Of a DNA stretch of 64,000 nucleotides, positions 10,378-20,100 are shown piece by piece. The notes below the pieces were generated by a model. That model saw nothing but the letters and a program-made list of their open reading frames with translations, was not told the origin of the DNA and made no database searches. The stretch's first letter is position 1; each line of letters begins with the position of its first letter. The DNA is from Anaerolineae bacterium (lineage in GTDB: Bacteria; Chloroflexota; Anaerolineae; JACRMK01), in NCBI GenBank assembly GCA_038198935.1, contig JBBPZQ010000021.1, positions 289-64,288 on the forward strand. The letters run 5' to 3'. The position numbers and the translations under genes are program-made.

Positions 10378-10410
10378 AAAAAGCCGTCTCGCATCGAGAC
10401 GGCTTTTGTA
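10378..10410. terminator. bidirectional rho-independent terminator
   Basis: AAAAA-agccgtctcg-cat-cgagacggct-TTTTG between convergent genes. Confidence 0.8.
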
Positions 10411-10508
10411 TTGCGCGCGAGTTCAAATGGCCCGCTATTCACATCCAAACCCGCAAAGCGGATTTTCTGTTCGATAGCCGTCGGCTTGCAGCCGATGGCG
10501 TGTTTGCT

Positions 10509-11327
10509 TTACGGTGCGACCTTAATCACCACCGTGAGTGGCTGGCCGAACAGCGTTCCGTTCGGCGCGCGCATCCGCCACTTGCCCATGTAGCTGCCAG
10601 CGTTGCGTGGCGCGATCAACGGCACCGTCACCTCGGCGTTCGCGCCCGGCGCAGTGCTCGGCACATTTACTACAGCCAAATCACCCATCTGCGCGCCCTC
10701 GATGAAGGTCGCCTGATAGCCCGCATCCCACGCGCAGTTGCCTCCGTTGCGCACACGCCACGTCTTGTTGATGGTTTCGCCCGCTTTGAACGTCGTGCCA
10801 TCGGGCACGCTCACGTCCGACACAAACACCGCGTCCAACTTGCACGACGCGGGCACGGTGCCGGTGGCGAACGCGGGTGCAACGAACGTCGGCGTGCCAC
10901 TCGGCGTCGAACTGTTCGTACCGATCACGCTGACGCGCACCGTCTGCGGTCCGCTCGCGTTGCCATCCACATTGATCGCTTTCACCATCAACACGTGCGC
11001 GCCCGCATCTTTCGCAACCCACGCTTGCGAAATGGTCGCGTCGCGCGGCGCATCCGTCTCCTTCGCCACGTCGGCGCGATACAGCGCGCCATCCACCCAC
11101 AACTCCACACGCAGCACGCCGCGCGCATCATGTGATGTGCTCTGCACCTGCACGGTCGCGCCCGCGATCACTTGCGCACCGTCGGCCGGCGCGCTGACGA
11201 GCAGCGTGGGACGACTGACCTGTGCCGTCGTGGTCGGCGCGCCCGTCGGCGGCGGCGTGGTCGCGCCACACGCCAACACCCACAGCGCAAGCATCAACAG
11301 TCCACACAATCGTACGCTAAATCTCAT
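10509..11327 (-). CDS. lipoprotein with Ig-like and NBR1-type (N_BRCA1_IG-like) domains
   Basis: Start at ATG 11327 with a GGAGAGGG RBS. Lipobox LWVLAC. C-terminus FVSDVSVPDGTTFKAGETINKTWRVRNGGNCAW...SYMGKWRMRAPNGTLFGQPLTVVIKV fits the NBR1-like Ig domain pattern. Confidence 0.7.
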   Translation of the reverse strand: MRFSVRLCGLLMLALWVLACGATTPPPTGAPTTTAQVSRPTLLVSAPADGAQVIAGATVQVQSTSHDARGVLRVELWVDGALYRADVAKETDAPRDATISQAWVAKDAGAHVLMVKAINVDGNASGPQTVRVSVIGTNSSTPSGTPTFVAPAFATGTVPASCKLDAVFVSDVSVPDGTTFKAGETINKTWRVRNGGNCAWDAGYQATFIEGAQMGDLAVVNVPSTAPGANAEVTVPLIAPRNAGSYMGKWRMRAPNGTLFGQPLTVVIKVAP

Positions 11328-11513
11328 TACCCTCTCCTCGGCTGCAAATCGCGCAAGGCTAGCACGAAAGCGCGTGAGTAGCAAATGGCGGATGGCGCAT
11401 GGCCGATGACAAATAGCCCGTGACCAACCGCGCGTAGCGGATTGCTGAAATTCCTGTGCAGATGGGATTCCGTGTGAACGAGACCTGAACGGAATACGCA
11501 CCACGCACGACGC

Positions 11514-11562
11514 CATCGGCTATCGGCTATCGGCCATTTGCTATTTGCTATCCGCTATCCGC
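11514..11562. repeat. tandem heptamer array (7 direct units, [CT]ATNNGC)
   Basis: catcggc tatcggc tatcggc catttgc tatttgc tatccgc tatccgc. It lies in the divergent promoter region. Confidence 0.85.
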
Positions 11563-11579
11563 AATGTTATAACTCGCCT

Positions 11580-12734
11580 ATGCTGGCTCCGAATTGGCGC
11601 GACACGGTTCCACTGCTGCACGCGCCGCGTCATCCGCTGTGGCTTGATGCGTACAGTGGCGCGTGGGAACTGCTGGCACGCGCGCCGATAGATCACACAC
11701 AGCCTGATGCGCGTCTGCTTGCGATGTGCTTGCGCTACGCGCTGGATGCCGATGCGCTCGCGGACTGGCTCGATCAGTTCGACGCGAACGATCCACTGCG
11801 CCCGTGGTGCGAATGGGAATGCTACCAACACTCGTTCGATGCGGTGCGGCTTGCGCGCGTGCTGCCGCAATTGGTTGAGCAGTTTGCGCTGCGTTCCACA
11901 CATACGCCGCGCTCGTCACTGCGCGCCACAACGCACGAAGCCCTAGCCGCCGAGTGCATCGCGCACGCCGCGCGCGCACTGGGCGATGAAAGACTGGCGC
12001 ACCGCTTCACAGCGGAATGGCGCGCGCGTTGCACTGCGCTCAATCAGCAGTATTGGCAAGAGCCGCTCGGATTTTACATGGACGAGTCGTCAGCCAAAAC
12101 GAGCACAGGCTTCTGGCCGCTGCTCGTGGGCGCACCCTCACAAGCGAACGCAATTACAAAACACCTCGTCAACCCGGACGAGTTCTGGCGCGTGCACGTC
12201 GCGCCATCGCTCAGCGCCGACCAGCCGCGCTATGCCGATCGCGGCGCGGCGCGGCGCGGCTCTGTATACCCGCAAGACAATTATGCAATCATCAAAGGAC
12301 TGGAGCGTTACGCGCAACACCGTCTCGCGTTGCGCGTCGCCGACAATCACATCACGACCGTCTCGCACGTCTTCAAAGAGACGCGCGCGTTGTGGGATAA
12401 CTACGCGCCCGACTACATCGAGCCGGGCAGTATCGCGCATCCAGACGAACCGCTCGCCGCGTTGAGCGCCATCGCCCTGCTGATCGAAACGCTGTTCGGG
12501 CTGCGCGTGGACGCGCCGCAACGCACACTACACTGGATGCCGCGCTTGCGCGAGACGCACGGCATCGAACGCTTGCGCGTGGATGAGGCTATCGTGCGCG
12601 CGCATGTGGTGGAACGCGATGGCGCTCTGCAAGCGCAACTTGCGACGAGTGCGCCGCTGCGCTTGCATTGGTTTGGCCCGAACGGCGAGCAATGGTTGGA
12701 AGTGCAATCTGAATTTCTCGCGCCGATCACGTAG
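11580..12734 (+). CDS. (alpha/alpha)6-barrel glycoside hydrolase, GH63/trehalase-like
   Basis: Blocks FWPLLVGAP, VYPQDNYAIIKGLERY and LWDNYAPDY resemble GH63/GH37-type hydrolases. Start moved to ATG 11580 because the track start lies inside the heptamer array. TGTTATAAC sits 8 nt upstream, so the mRNA may be leaderless. Confidence 0.5.
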   Translation: MLAPNWRDTVPLLHAPRHPLWLDAYSGAWELLARAPIDHTQPDARLLAMCLRYALDADALADWLDQFDANDPLRPWCEWECYQHSFDAVRLARVLPQLVEQFALRSTHTPRSSLRATTHEALAAECIAHAARALGDERLAHRFTAEWRARCTALNQQYWQEPLGFYMDESSAKTSTGFWPLLVGAPSQANAITKHLVNPDEFWRVHVAPSLSADQPRYADRGAARRGSVYPQDNYAIIKGLERYAQHRLALRVADNHITTVSHVFKETRALWDNYAPDYIEPGSIAHPDEPLAALSAIALLIETLFGLRVDAPQRTLHWMPRLRETHGIERLRVDEAIVRAHVVERDGALQAQLATSAPLRLHWFGPNGEQWLEVQSEFLAPIT

Positions 12735-12803
12735 AACCGACGTGAAATAACGGCAATCCTCGCGCCTACCCCGATCACAGTCAACGAAATTTTGAACCAT
12801 CAT

Positions 12804-12832
12804 TTGCAACTTCCATGCGCGCACATTACAAT
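12804..12832 (+). promoter_or_regulatory. sigma70-type promoter
   Basis: TTGCAA (12804-12809), a 17-nt spacer, then TACAAT (12827-12832). About 30 nt upstream of the dksA-like start. Confidence 0.55.
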
Positions 12833-12862
12833 AACGCTCCGCGTATCGAGTGGAGGCATTTA

Positions 12863-13201
12863 ATGGCACGCAAAATCAACACCGTAGAGCGCAAGCGCAT
12901 TCAGGATGAGATTACCAATGTCGAGCATGAATTGCACAATCTCGTTCTGAAACTCGAAAACAAACCTGAGTGGTCATTGGGCGAGGGCGACCCGAGCGTG
13001 CACGAATGGGAGATGAACTTCGCGCTGAAGAGGGAAGTCGAGCGCCGTCTGCACTCGCTGCAAGCCGCTTTGCAAAAAGTAGGCAGCGCCTCGTACGCTA
13101 TCTGCGAAGGCTGCGGCAAGCCGATTGATCCCGAGCGTCTCGCCATCCTACCCGAGGCGACGCGCTGCGTGGACTGCGCACGCAAGAAGATGATACGGTG
13201 A
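12863..13201 (+). CDS. TraR/DksA family C4-type zinc finger protein
   Basis: Coiled-coil N-terminus plus CEGCGKPIDPERLAILPEATRCVDCA. GGAGG RBS before ATG 12863. Confidence 0.8.
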   Translation: MARKINTVERKRIQDEITNVEHELHNLVLKLENKPEWSLGEGDPSVHEWEMNFALKREVERRLHSLQAALQKVGSASYAICEGCGKPIDPERLAILPEATRCVDCARKKMIR

Positions 13202-13265
13202 ACGGGTGATAGGGTGATGAACTCACCGCGCCATCCCGTCACCTTGTCAGTGTATTGAGGTATTC

Positions 13266-14324
13266 GTGACGAACAGCAAACTACGAGTGGGATTGATCGG
13301 CACCGGCTTCGGGCAGAGCACGCAGTTGCCCGGCTTTCAAGCGCGCGCCGATGTAGAAGTCGTCGCCGTGTGCAGCGCACATCTCGCCAAGGCGCAGCGC
13401 GTCGCGGGCGAGCACAGCATCGCAAGCGCATACGACGACTATCGCGCGATGCTCATGCACGAGCGACTCGACATCGTGAGCATCACCACGCCACCGTCCT
13501 TGCACAAAGCCATGACCCTCGCCGCGTTCGACTCGGGCGCGCACGTCTTATGCGAGAAGCCGATGACGCTGGATGCGCACGAGGCGCAGGCGATGTGCGA
13601 CGCGGCGCGCGCCGCAAAGCGCATCGGCATGATTGATCACGAGTTCCGTTATATTCCCGCGCGCCGCTATGTGCAGCAGTTGATCGCGGATGGCTACATC
13701 GGCAAAGCATATCACGTCAGCATCACGAACTTCGGCGGCGGGCGCGCCGATCCGCAGCGCGCCTTCAACTGGTGGGCTGACGCGAGTGCGGGTGGCGGCA
13801 TGCTCGGCGCGATTGGCTCCCATTACGTGGACGCGATTGCAACCTTCGTGAGCGAGATTGTTGACGTGTGCGGCTTGGTGGACGCGCAGATCAAAGAGCG
13901 GCCCGACACGCAGAGCGGTGCGATGCGGCGCGTCACCGCCGACGACAACTGCGCGTTTCTCGCACGACTGGCTAACGGCGCAACCGCGAGCTTGCATCTG
14001 AGCAGCGTCGCACGTCCGGCGAGCGGCGAGCGCATTCAAATCTTCGGCAGCGACGGCTCGCTGCTGATTGACGATCACGGTCGAGTATGGGGCGGCAAGT
14101 CTAGCGACACACACCTGGGCGAGCTGCCGATCCCGGACTCACTCAAACCCGACGGCAAAGGCTTAATCGGACCCTTTACCATTCTGCTCGCGCGCATGAT
14201 GGACGGCATCCGCTCTGGCGCCCAATCCATCTCGCCCAGTTTCGACGACGGACTGAAAGTGCAGCGCGTGCTCGATGCGGTGCGCCAGTCGAGTGAACGT
14301 GCCGGCTGGGTCAAGATTCAATAA
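13266..14324 (+). CDS. Gfo/Idh/MocA family oxidoreductase
   Basis: N-terminal Rossmann motif LRVGLIGTGFGQ and the EKPM motif (VLCEKPMTL). GTG start. Confidence 0.85.
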   Translation: MTNSKLRVGLIGTGFGQSTQLPGFQARADVEVVAVCSAHLAKAQRVAGEHSIASAYDDYRAMLMHERLDIVSITTPPSLHKAMTLAAFDSGAHVLCEKPMTLDAHEAQAMCDAARAAKRIGMIDHEFRYIPARRYVQQLIADGYIGKAYHVSITNFGGGRADPQRAFNWWADASAGGGMLGAIGSHYVDAIATFVSEIVDVCGLVDAQIKERPDTQSGAMRRVTADDNCAFLARLANGATASLHLSSVARPASGERIQIFGSDGSLLIDDHGRVWGGKSSDTHLGELPIPDSLKPDGKGLIGPFTILLARMMDGIRSGAQSISPSFDDGLKVQRVLDAVRQSSERAGWVKIQ

Positions 14325-14449
14325 CGCAACTGCAAACGCAGAGTTCGTCGGCATCACCGCATTTCATCTTTAGCTTCTGAGCGTGTTGGCACGACGTGCC
14401 TTCGCTGCTGCCAACATTAATGTTGGGCTAGCGCTCTGTTCCTGAACTT

Positions 14450-15922
14450 ATGCAAAGAGTCCAGCGGCCGCAACGTCTCGTGTCTTGCCTCGCCACAGGC
14501 ATCGTCCTTTTTTTGTTTCTCAATACATGCAGCACCCGCGCCACATTATCGCCGACACCAACGGTTTTCGCGCCGAAGACCACATCCACGCCAACTCGAC
14601 AAGCGGAACCTACTGCCATATCTACTCCGACTGAAGTGGCGCTCGCCCCGGCCACATTGACAGCGACGGCTACCACGCCGCCAACGCACACGCCCGAACC
14701 GACCAATACGCCCGAACCGACCAGTGCTCCCGAACCGACCGAAACGCCTGAGCCGCCGCCGACGGCCGCGCCAATCAGAAGTGAGCCGGCGATACTGCCC
14801 CCGCCGACGCCCGAAGCAGCGGTTGGCCGCTTGGATATCGCAGAGCCGTTCTTCGCCGAAGCCCTCAAGCTGCGCAGTCGCCGTAGGACAGCGGAGCCGA
14901 ACCTGGCCAATCGCATTGACGAGCGACTGAACGAGAATCGCATCAGCTTCCTGCTGCTCGGCTGCGGCGAAACGTATGAGCCGCCGCTGGCGGTGGATTA
15001 CATCTGCTCGCCGACGCACATCGTCTTGGAGCGCAGACGTTTTGCGAACGGCGCGACGCGAGTTTTCTATACAACGTTTTCATATACGCATGATCTGCGC
15101 GCGCCGGAAATCGAGCGCTATCGCGGAGAGAAGCCGGGTCACAAGAACCCGGTGAAGATTGACCAAGTTTTCCGCTCACGGAAATTCGAGCACGTGCGCG
15201 AAGTGTTTGAAAATGCTAGCGGGCTGTACATTGACTTTCCGCTCGTGATCGAAGATGTGCTCATCCAACGCTACGTTGATCAAGTGCCGGGCACGCTCAC
15301 TGTCTATGCGCCGTGGGAACTGAAAACGCTGCCGATTTATATCAGTGCGAAGCGGCACGATGGACAGACGTATCCGCCCGGCAAGAATGTGCTCAACGGC
15401 TGGCAAACGCTTCAATTCTTAAAAGGACTCGAACCGACGGCGGACAAGCGGAAAGAACCGAACCGCAGAAAAGACATCGTGATGAAAGCGCTGCTCGGCA
15501 CATTGGACGCGAACAAGACGGATGTCGGCTTCTGGGCGCGCAACACCGCCTTCTTCGTGAACCTCGGCGTCAATCCAAACGCATACGGCTTGTATTACGA
15601 CGTTGACGTGCTGGCGATGACGCTGCAAATCGTCCAACGTGCAGTGACGAATCTGAACGAACGAATCGCGATGCCCGTGTCGCAAGCGAATTATTACATC
15701 GTGGATTCGGCCACGGGCGACGGCGGCGTGCTGTGGATCAACGCCAGCCCTAGTCCGATCATCCAAAAAGAAATCGCCGACGGCGTTTACCAAAAGACCA
15801 CGACCGCATTCGAAGTGCCGAGTGGCGCGTTCGTCAATCCGTATGCCGACGACTTGATCAGCGGCTATTGGCGCTCGGTGCGCGAGTTCATCAAAGTGCG
15901 CCTGATGAGACCGGCGTCTTAG
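14450..15922 (+). CDS. exported protein with a PT-rich linker and a divergent LCP (LytR-CpsA-Psr)-like domain (tentative)
   Basis: Signal/anchor segment and a PT-rich linker. The blocks ISFLLLGCGE ... THIVLE ... FSYTHDLRAP ... KIDQVF ... LYIDFPLVIEDVLIQRYVDQVPGTLTV ... LNGWQTLQFLKG are in the same order as LCP family blocks, but the match is weak. Confidence 0.35.
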   Translation: MQRVQRPQRLVSCLATGIVLFLFLNTCSTRATLSPTPTVFAPKTTSTPTRQAEPTAISTPTEVALAPATLTATATTPPTHTPEPTNTPEPTSAPEPTETPEPPPTAAPIRSEPAILPPPTPEAAVGRLDIAEPFFAEALKLRSRRRTAEPNLANRIDERLNENRISFLLLGCGETYEPPLAVDYICSPTHIVLERRRFANGATRVFYTTFSYTHDLRAPEIERYRGEKPGHKNPVKIDQVFRSRKFEHVREVFENASGLYIDFPLVIEDVLIQRYVDQVPGTLTVYAPWELKTLPIYISAKRHDGQTYPPGKNVLNGWQTLQFLKGLEPTADKRKEPNRRKDIVMKALLGTLDANKTDVGFWARNTAFFVNLGVNPNAYGLYYDVDVLAMTLQIVQRAVTNLNERIAMPVSQANYYIVDSATGDGGVLWINASPSPIIQKEIADGVYQKTTTAFEVPSGAFVNPYADDLISGYWRSVREFIKVRLMRPAS

Positions 15923-15980
15923 CGCGCGCCGGATTCATAACTTTATCAATACCACACTTGTACTGATTTTGTGATTGAGA

Positions 15981-16013
15981 AGACCCGCGAGGTCTCGGAG
16001 ACCTCGCGGGTCT
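15981..16013. terminator. perfect 16-bp palindromic hairpin
   Basis: agacccgcgaggtctc g gagacctcgcgggtct, between convergent genes. No clear U-run. Confidence 0.5.
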
Positions 16014-16056
16014 GCCCGCAACTGCCTATCTCCTGTACCGCTCAACCAAATTAAGA

Positions 16057-16091
16057 AAGCCCATCCAGAAGAGGATGGGCTTCGTTATTTT
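16057..16091. terminator. rho-independent terminator
   Basis: aaagcccatcc-agaaga-ggatgggcttc followed by GTTATTTT. Confidence 0.7.
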
Positions 16092-16106
16092 GCACGAACT
16101 TCGCGC

Positions 16107-17090
16107 TCACGCGCGGCTCATCACCGATCCAATCGCCGCTTTGATGTTCGACTCCGGCGTTGGGATGGAAATGACGCAGCCCGCGCTCACGATGTAGCCG
16201 ACACCGCCGCCCGTCTGCGCGATGCTGTCGCGCACTTCGGCGGCAACGTCTTGCGGGTCGCCTTGCAGCAGCGTCGTGTAGCGCTCGACGCCGCCGACGA
16301 GCGCACCGTCAAATTGCGCACGTGCCTCGCGCAGCGACGGCGGCGTGGTGCGGTCGTGCCAGTTCACCGCTTGCACCGGATACTCGCGCGCGAGCTGGAA
16401 CATGATGTCGTCGCCGTGCAGGTGCAAGAGATGGAACCAACCCTCGCGCGCCGCCTCGAAAATTTTCAAGTCATACGGCAACCCGAACTCTCGATATTGC
16501 GCTTCGCTCATCTGCCGATAGGTTGCGGACTGCGTGGCGAAGAACAAACCCGCCGCGCCCGCTTCAATGCTCGCGTGCGCGAAGCGCGCGATGCTGTCGG
16601 TCAGCACTTCGAGTCCCACATGAAAATCGTTCGGCTGCTCGTGCATGTCCACCAGCCATGCATCGCCGCGAATATAGCGCGCGGTCATCAAGGGGTTGAA
16701 GATCGTCTGAATGAACGGCACCTCGTCGCCCCAATGCGCTTTCAACATGCGCAAGCATTGCAGCTGTTTGCCCCACGCACCTTTGGTCACATCGAGTGCT
16801 TGCAATTTGCGCCAGTCGCTCGCGTGCTTCACGGGCCGATCCAGATAATCGCGCGTGCCTTCCATGTTGCCGCGATACGCATGACGCGCGCCCCAATCTT
16901 CGCCCGCGAAACTATTGGAGGGGCTGACCTTCACGAAATCGAAATTGTAGCGTTCCTGAAACGCAATGGTCGCCTGCGCTAAATCTTCGGCGCGCTGATC
17001 GTCGCCAGGGAAATGTCGCCAGAACGCAATCGGAATGCGATCCATAGGCTCACGGCGGCTGGCGGCCAGAAGGCGTTCGCGTTTGTTCAT
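16107..17090 (-). CDS. uroporphyrinogen decarboxylase (URO-D) family protein
   Basis: 327 aa. The N-terminus RERLLAASRREPMDRIPIAFW and the overall pattern are typical of URO-D-like / methylcobamide-type enzymes. Confidence 0.7.
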   Translation of the reverse strand: MNKRERLLAASRREPMDRIPIAFWRHFPGDDQRAEDLAQATIAFQERYNFDFVKVSPSNSFAGEDWGARHAYRGNMEGTRDYLDRPVKHASDWRKLQALDVTKGAWGKQLQCLRMLKAHWGDEVPFIQTIFNPLMTARYIRGDAWLVDMHEQPNDFHVGLEVLTDSIARFAHASIEAGAAGLFFATQSATYRQMSEAQYREFGLPYDLKIFEAAREGWFHLLHLHGDDIMFQLAREYPVQAVNWHDRTTPPSLREARAQFDGALVGGVERYTTLLQGDPQDVAAEVRDSIAQTGGGVGYIVSAGCVISIPTPESNIKAAIGSVMSRA

Positions 17091-17137
17091 TGGGCTCCTC
17101 TTGAGACTTCAGATTTGCTTTACTCTTCAATCTGAAA

Positions 17138-20100
17138 TTATGGCCGGTATCCGTTCCACTGATACAACACAATCTGATCGCGCCCTTTGGCTTTAGCGCG
17201 ATACAACATGCGGTCAGCCAGATCAACCAAATGGTCGAGCGCGAGCGCGTGATCGGGGAACACGGCGATGCCTTGACTGACGGTCGGCTTCTCAATCGGC
17301 TGCTCGTCCTCGTCGCGCAGCGGGAATGCGGCGAGCGTCTCACGTATACGCTCGGCGACGAGCATGGCTTGCTCGGCTGTGGTGTTGGGCAGCGCGACGC
17401 CGAACTCTTCGCCGCCCCAACGGCCCACGATGTCGTCGCGCTTGATATTCTGGCGAATGGCTTGCGCCGCCGCTTGCAGCACGCGGTCGCCCATCACGTG
17501 ACCGTAGCGGTCATTGTACTGCTTGAAGTGATCAATGTCGAGCATGATGAGCGCGAGGTGGTGCTCACGCTGACGGCTGTTCACGACAGCGTCGCCCAGC
17601 GACTGCAAGAAGCAACCGTGATTGTAAACTTGCGTCAGACTATCGGTGCGCGCCTGATACTCGACGGCCGCGTGCAGCTCGGCATTGCTCATCGCCGCCG
17701 CCAGTTGATTGGCGAGCGTCTGCATGATCTGTGCGTCGTCGTCCGTGAACGCACCGCGCCGCCGCGCCTGTACGTCGAGCGCTCCCAGCACGCGCCCGGC
17801 GACGCGAATGGGCACGACCAACTCGGACTCGATCTCGTTCATGCGCGGGTGCGCGAAGTAGGCGGGATTGGCGCGCACGTTGTTTTCGAGAATCGGTCGC
17901 TGCTCCGCGAGCGACTTTCCCACTAGGCCCTGCTCGCCGATGCGCAGCACGAATCCCTCCGCGCCAGATAGATGAGGAGTGCCAGCACCGGCGGCCAGCC
18001 GCGCCGCGCCCTGCGGCTCGTCGCACAGAAAGATGTGCACCGCATCATAGTTGAAGCGCTCTTGGATCAGCGCCGCCGTATGCTCCAGCAAATCGTCCAG
18101 ATTCAACAGCGCGGTGATCTCGCTGCCGATCTGCGAGACCATCTTCATATATTGCGCGCGCCGCTGCTCATTTTCGTAGGCGCGCACATTGACGATGGCT
18201 TGCGCCGCCTGATCGGCGACGGTTTCGAGCGTGGTGATGTTATCCGCGCTGAACGCGTTCAGCACCGTCGCCGAGACCGCCAGCACGCCGAGCACCTGCT
18301 CGCCGTAGCGCAGCGGCACGCCGAGTTCGGAGCGAATGCCGCTGTGGACGCGATCTACGTAATACGGATCGGTCGTCACGTCCTGCGCGACATAAGTCTG
18401 GCCCGTGCGCGCAACCCATCCAACAATGCCGTCTTGCAGCGATTGCTCGTACTGCGGCGGCAGCTGATCAGCCAGCGAGCCGGCACACCCTTTCATCACC
18501 AGACAATCACCTTCGATCAGGAACGTCACCGCCAGATGATGTTCAGGTGATTCGACCACCGCCGACGCAATCGCCTGCGTGAGCGCGTTCAAGTTGTTGA
18601 TGCTCAGGATGCGGCGCGCCACACGATTGACCAGCAACAACTGTTGTCGTCCCTGCCGCTCACGCTCGTACAGCCGCGCATTCGCGACGGCTTGCGCGAC
18701 TTGATCGGCGACCGTGCCGAGCAGCACGACGTCGGACTCCGTGAACTGATTGGGCTGATTGCTGGCCGCGTCCAAGACGCCGATCACCTCGCCGCGCGAG
18801 ATCAGCGGCACGGCGATTTCGGATTGAATCCCGATCCCTTCGGGGTCAATGAACTCAGCATCCGTCGCGACCTCGTTAGTCAGACGCGGCGCACGGTTGC
18901 GCGCGACCCAGCCGATCACGCCTTCGCGGATAGATTGGCGATAGCCGAGCGTGGCGGACATCCCGCCGGCGACAGTTTGCAAGTGCAGCTCATCGGCTTC
19001 GATCGTGAACAGCGCGATGGTATGGTAATTTAATTGCGCGCGAATGAACTCGATCAATTCTGGCAGCAGCACTTTCAATTCGAGCGACGCAGCCGCGCGT
19101 TGGCCCACCTGGCTGATCACTTCTAGTTGCGCGCGGCTAATGCGCTCCGTTTCGACCAAGCGCGCGTTCTCGATGGCGAGCGCCGCCTGCCGAGCGAACA
19201 CTGCCAACAACTCACCGTCGCGCAAGCTGAACGGCGTACGGTCGGCGCGATTGGCGACGATGATAATGACGCCGAGCAAACCGTCGCGTCCGTGCATCGC
19301 CGCGCCCATGAAGTGTTGAGTCTTTAAGCGCAACGTGCGCGCGCGCAGTTTCGCGCTCAACTGTTCAGGCTCGTTGACGATCCAGAACGGCTTCATATTC
19401 GGGTCCCGCACCGACAGCGCGGTTTCGTCTAGTGCATACGAGTAGCCCCGCGCCTCCTCGTCCGGCAAGCCGAATGCCGGCAGTTGTGCGCGCATCTCGT
19501 TGCACTGCGCATCGTAGCGCAGGATCATCGCGCCGCGCGCGTTGAAGATAAGCGCGATGCGCTGTGTGACGTCGGCATACGTCGCGCGCACGTCGCCCAT
19601 TTTGGCGAAGGCTTGCGAGACCTCGTGCAGACCCTGCAACTCGAACGTGCGCTGCCGCTCCAATTCGCGCGAGCGTGCGCTCTGCAGTGCCGCCGCCAAC
19701 TGGGCGCACAGCGTCCCGACGAATTGCTCGTCGCGTTCGCTGAAAGCGTCCAGCTGCGTGCTCTCGATATTGAGCACGCCCAACAACTGCTCGTGCAGCA
19801 TGATAGGCAAACACAACTCCGAGCGGATGTCCACGCGGCCGCGATAGCGCCGCTCGGCGCGCACATCGCCGATCCGGACTGCCTCGCGGTGATTCAGCAC
19901 CCAACCGATCACGCCGTTCTGCTCATTCACGCCGACCTCGCGCAGCAACTTTGCTTCCAGTTCCGGCGAGACCAGCATGTGATCGCGGATCACGGCGAGC
20001 GGAGAGATGCGCGGCGGCTCGCCATTGTAGAGGATGACGCTCAACAGGTGCGCGCCCAGCACTTTGTCGCACGCGCTTAACGCGGCGACGCCCAGCAGAT

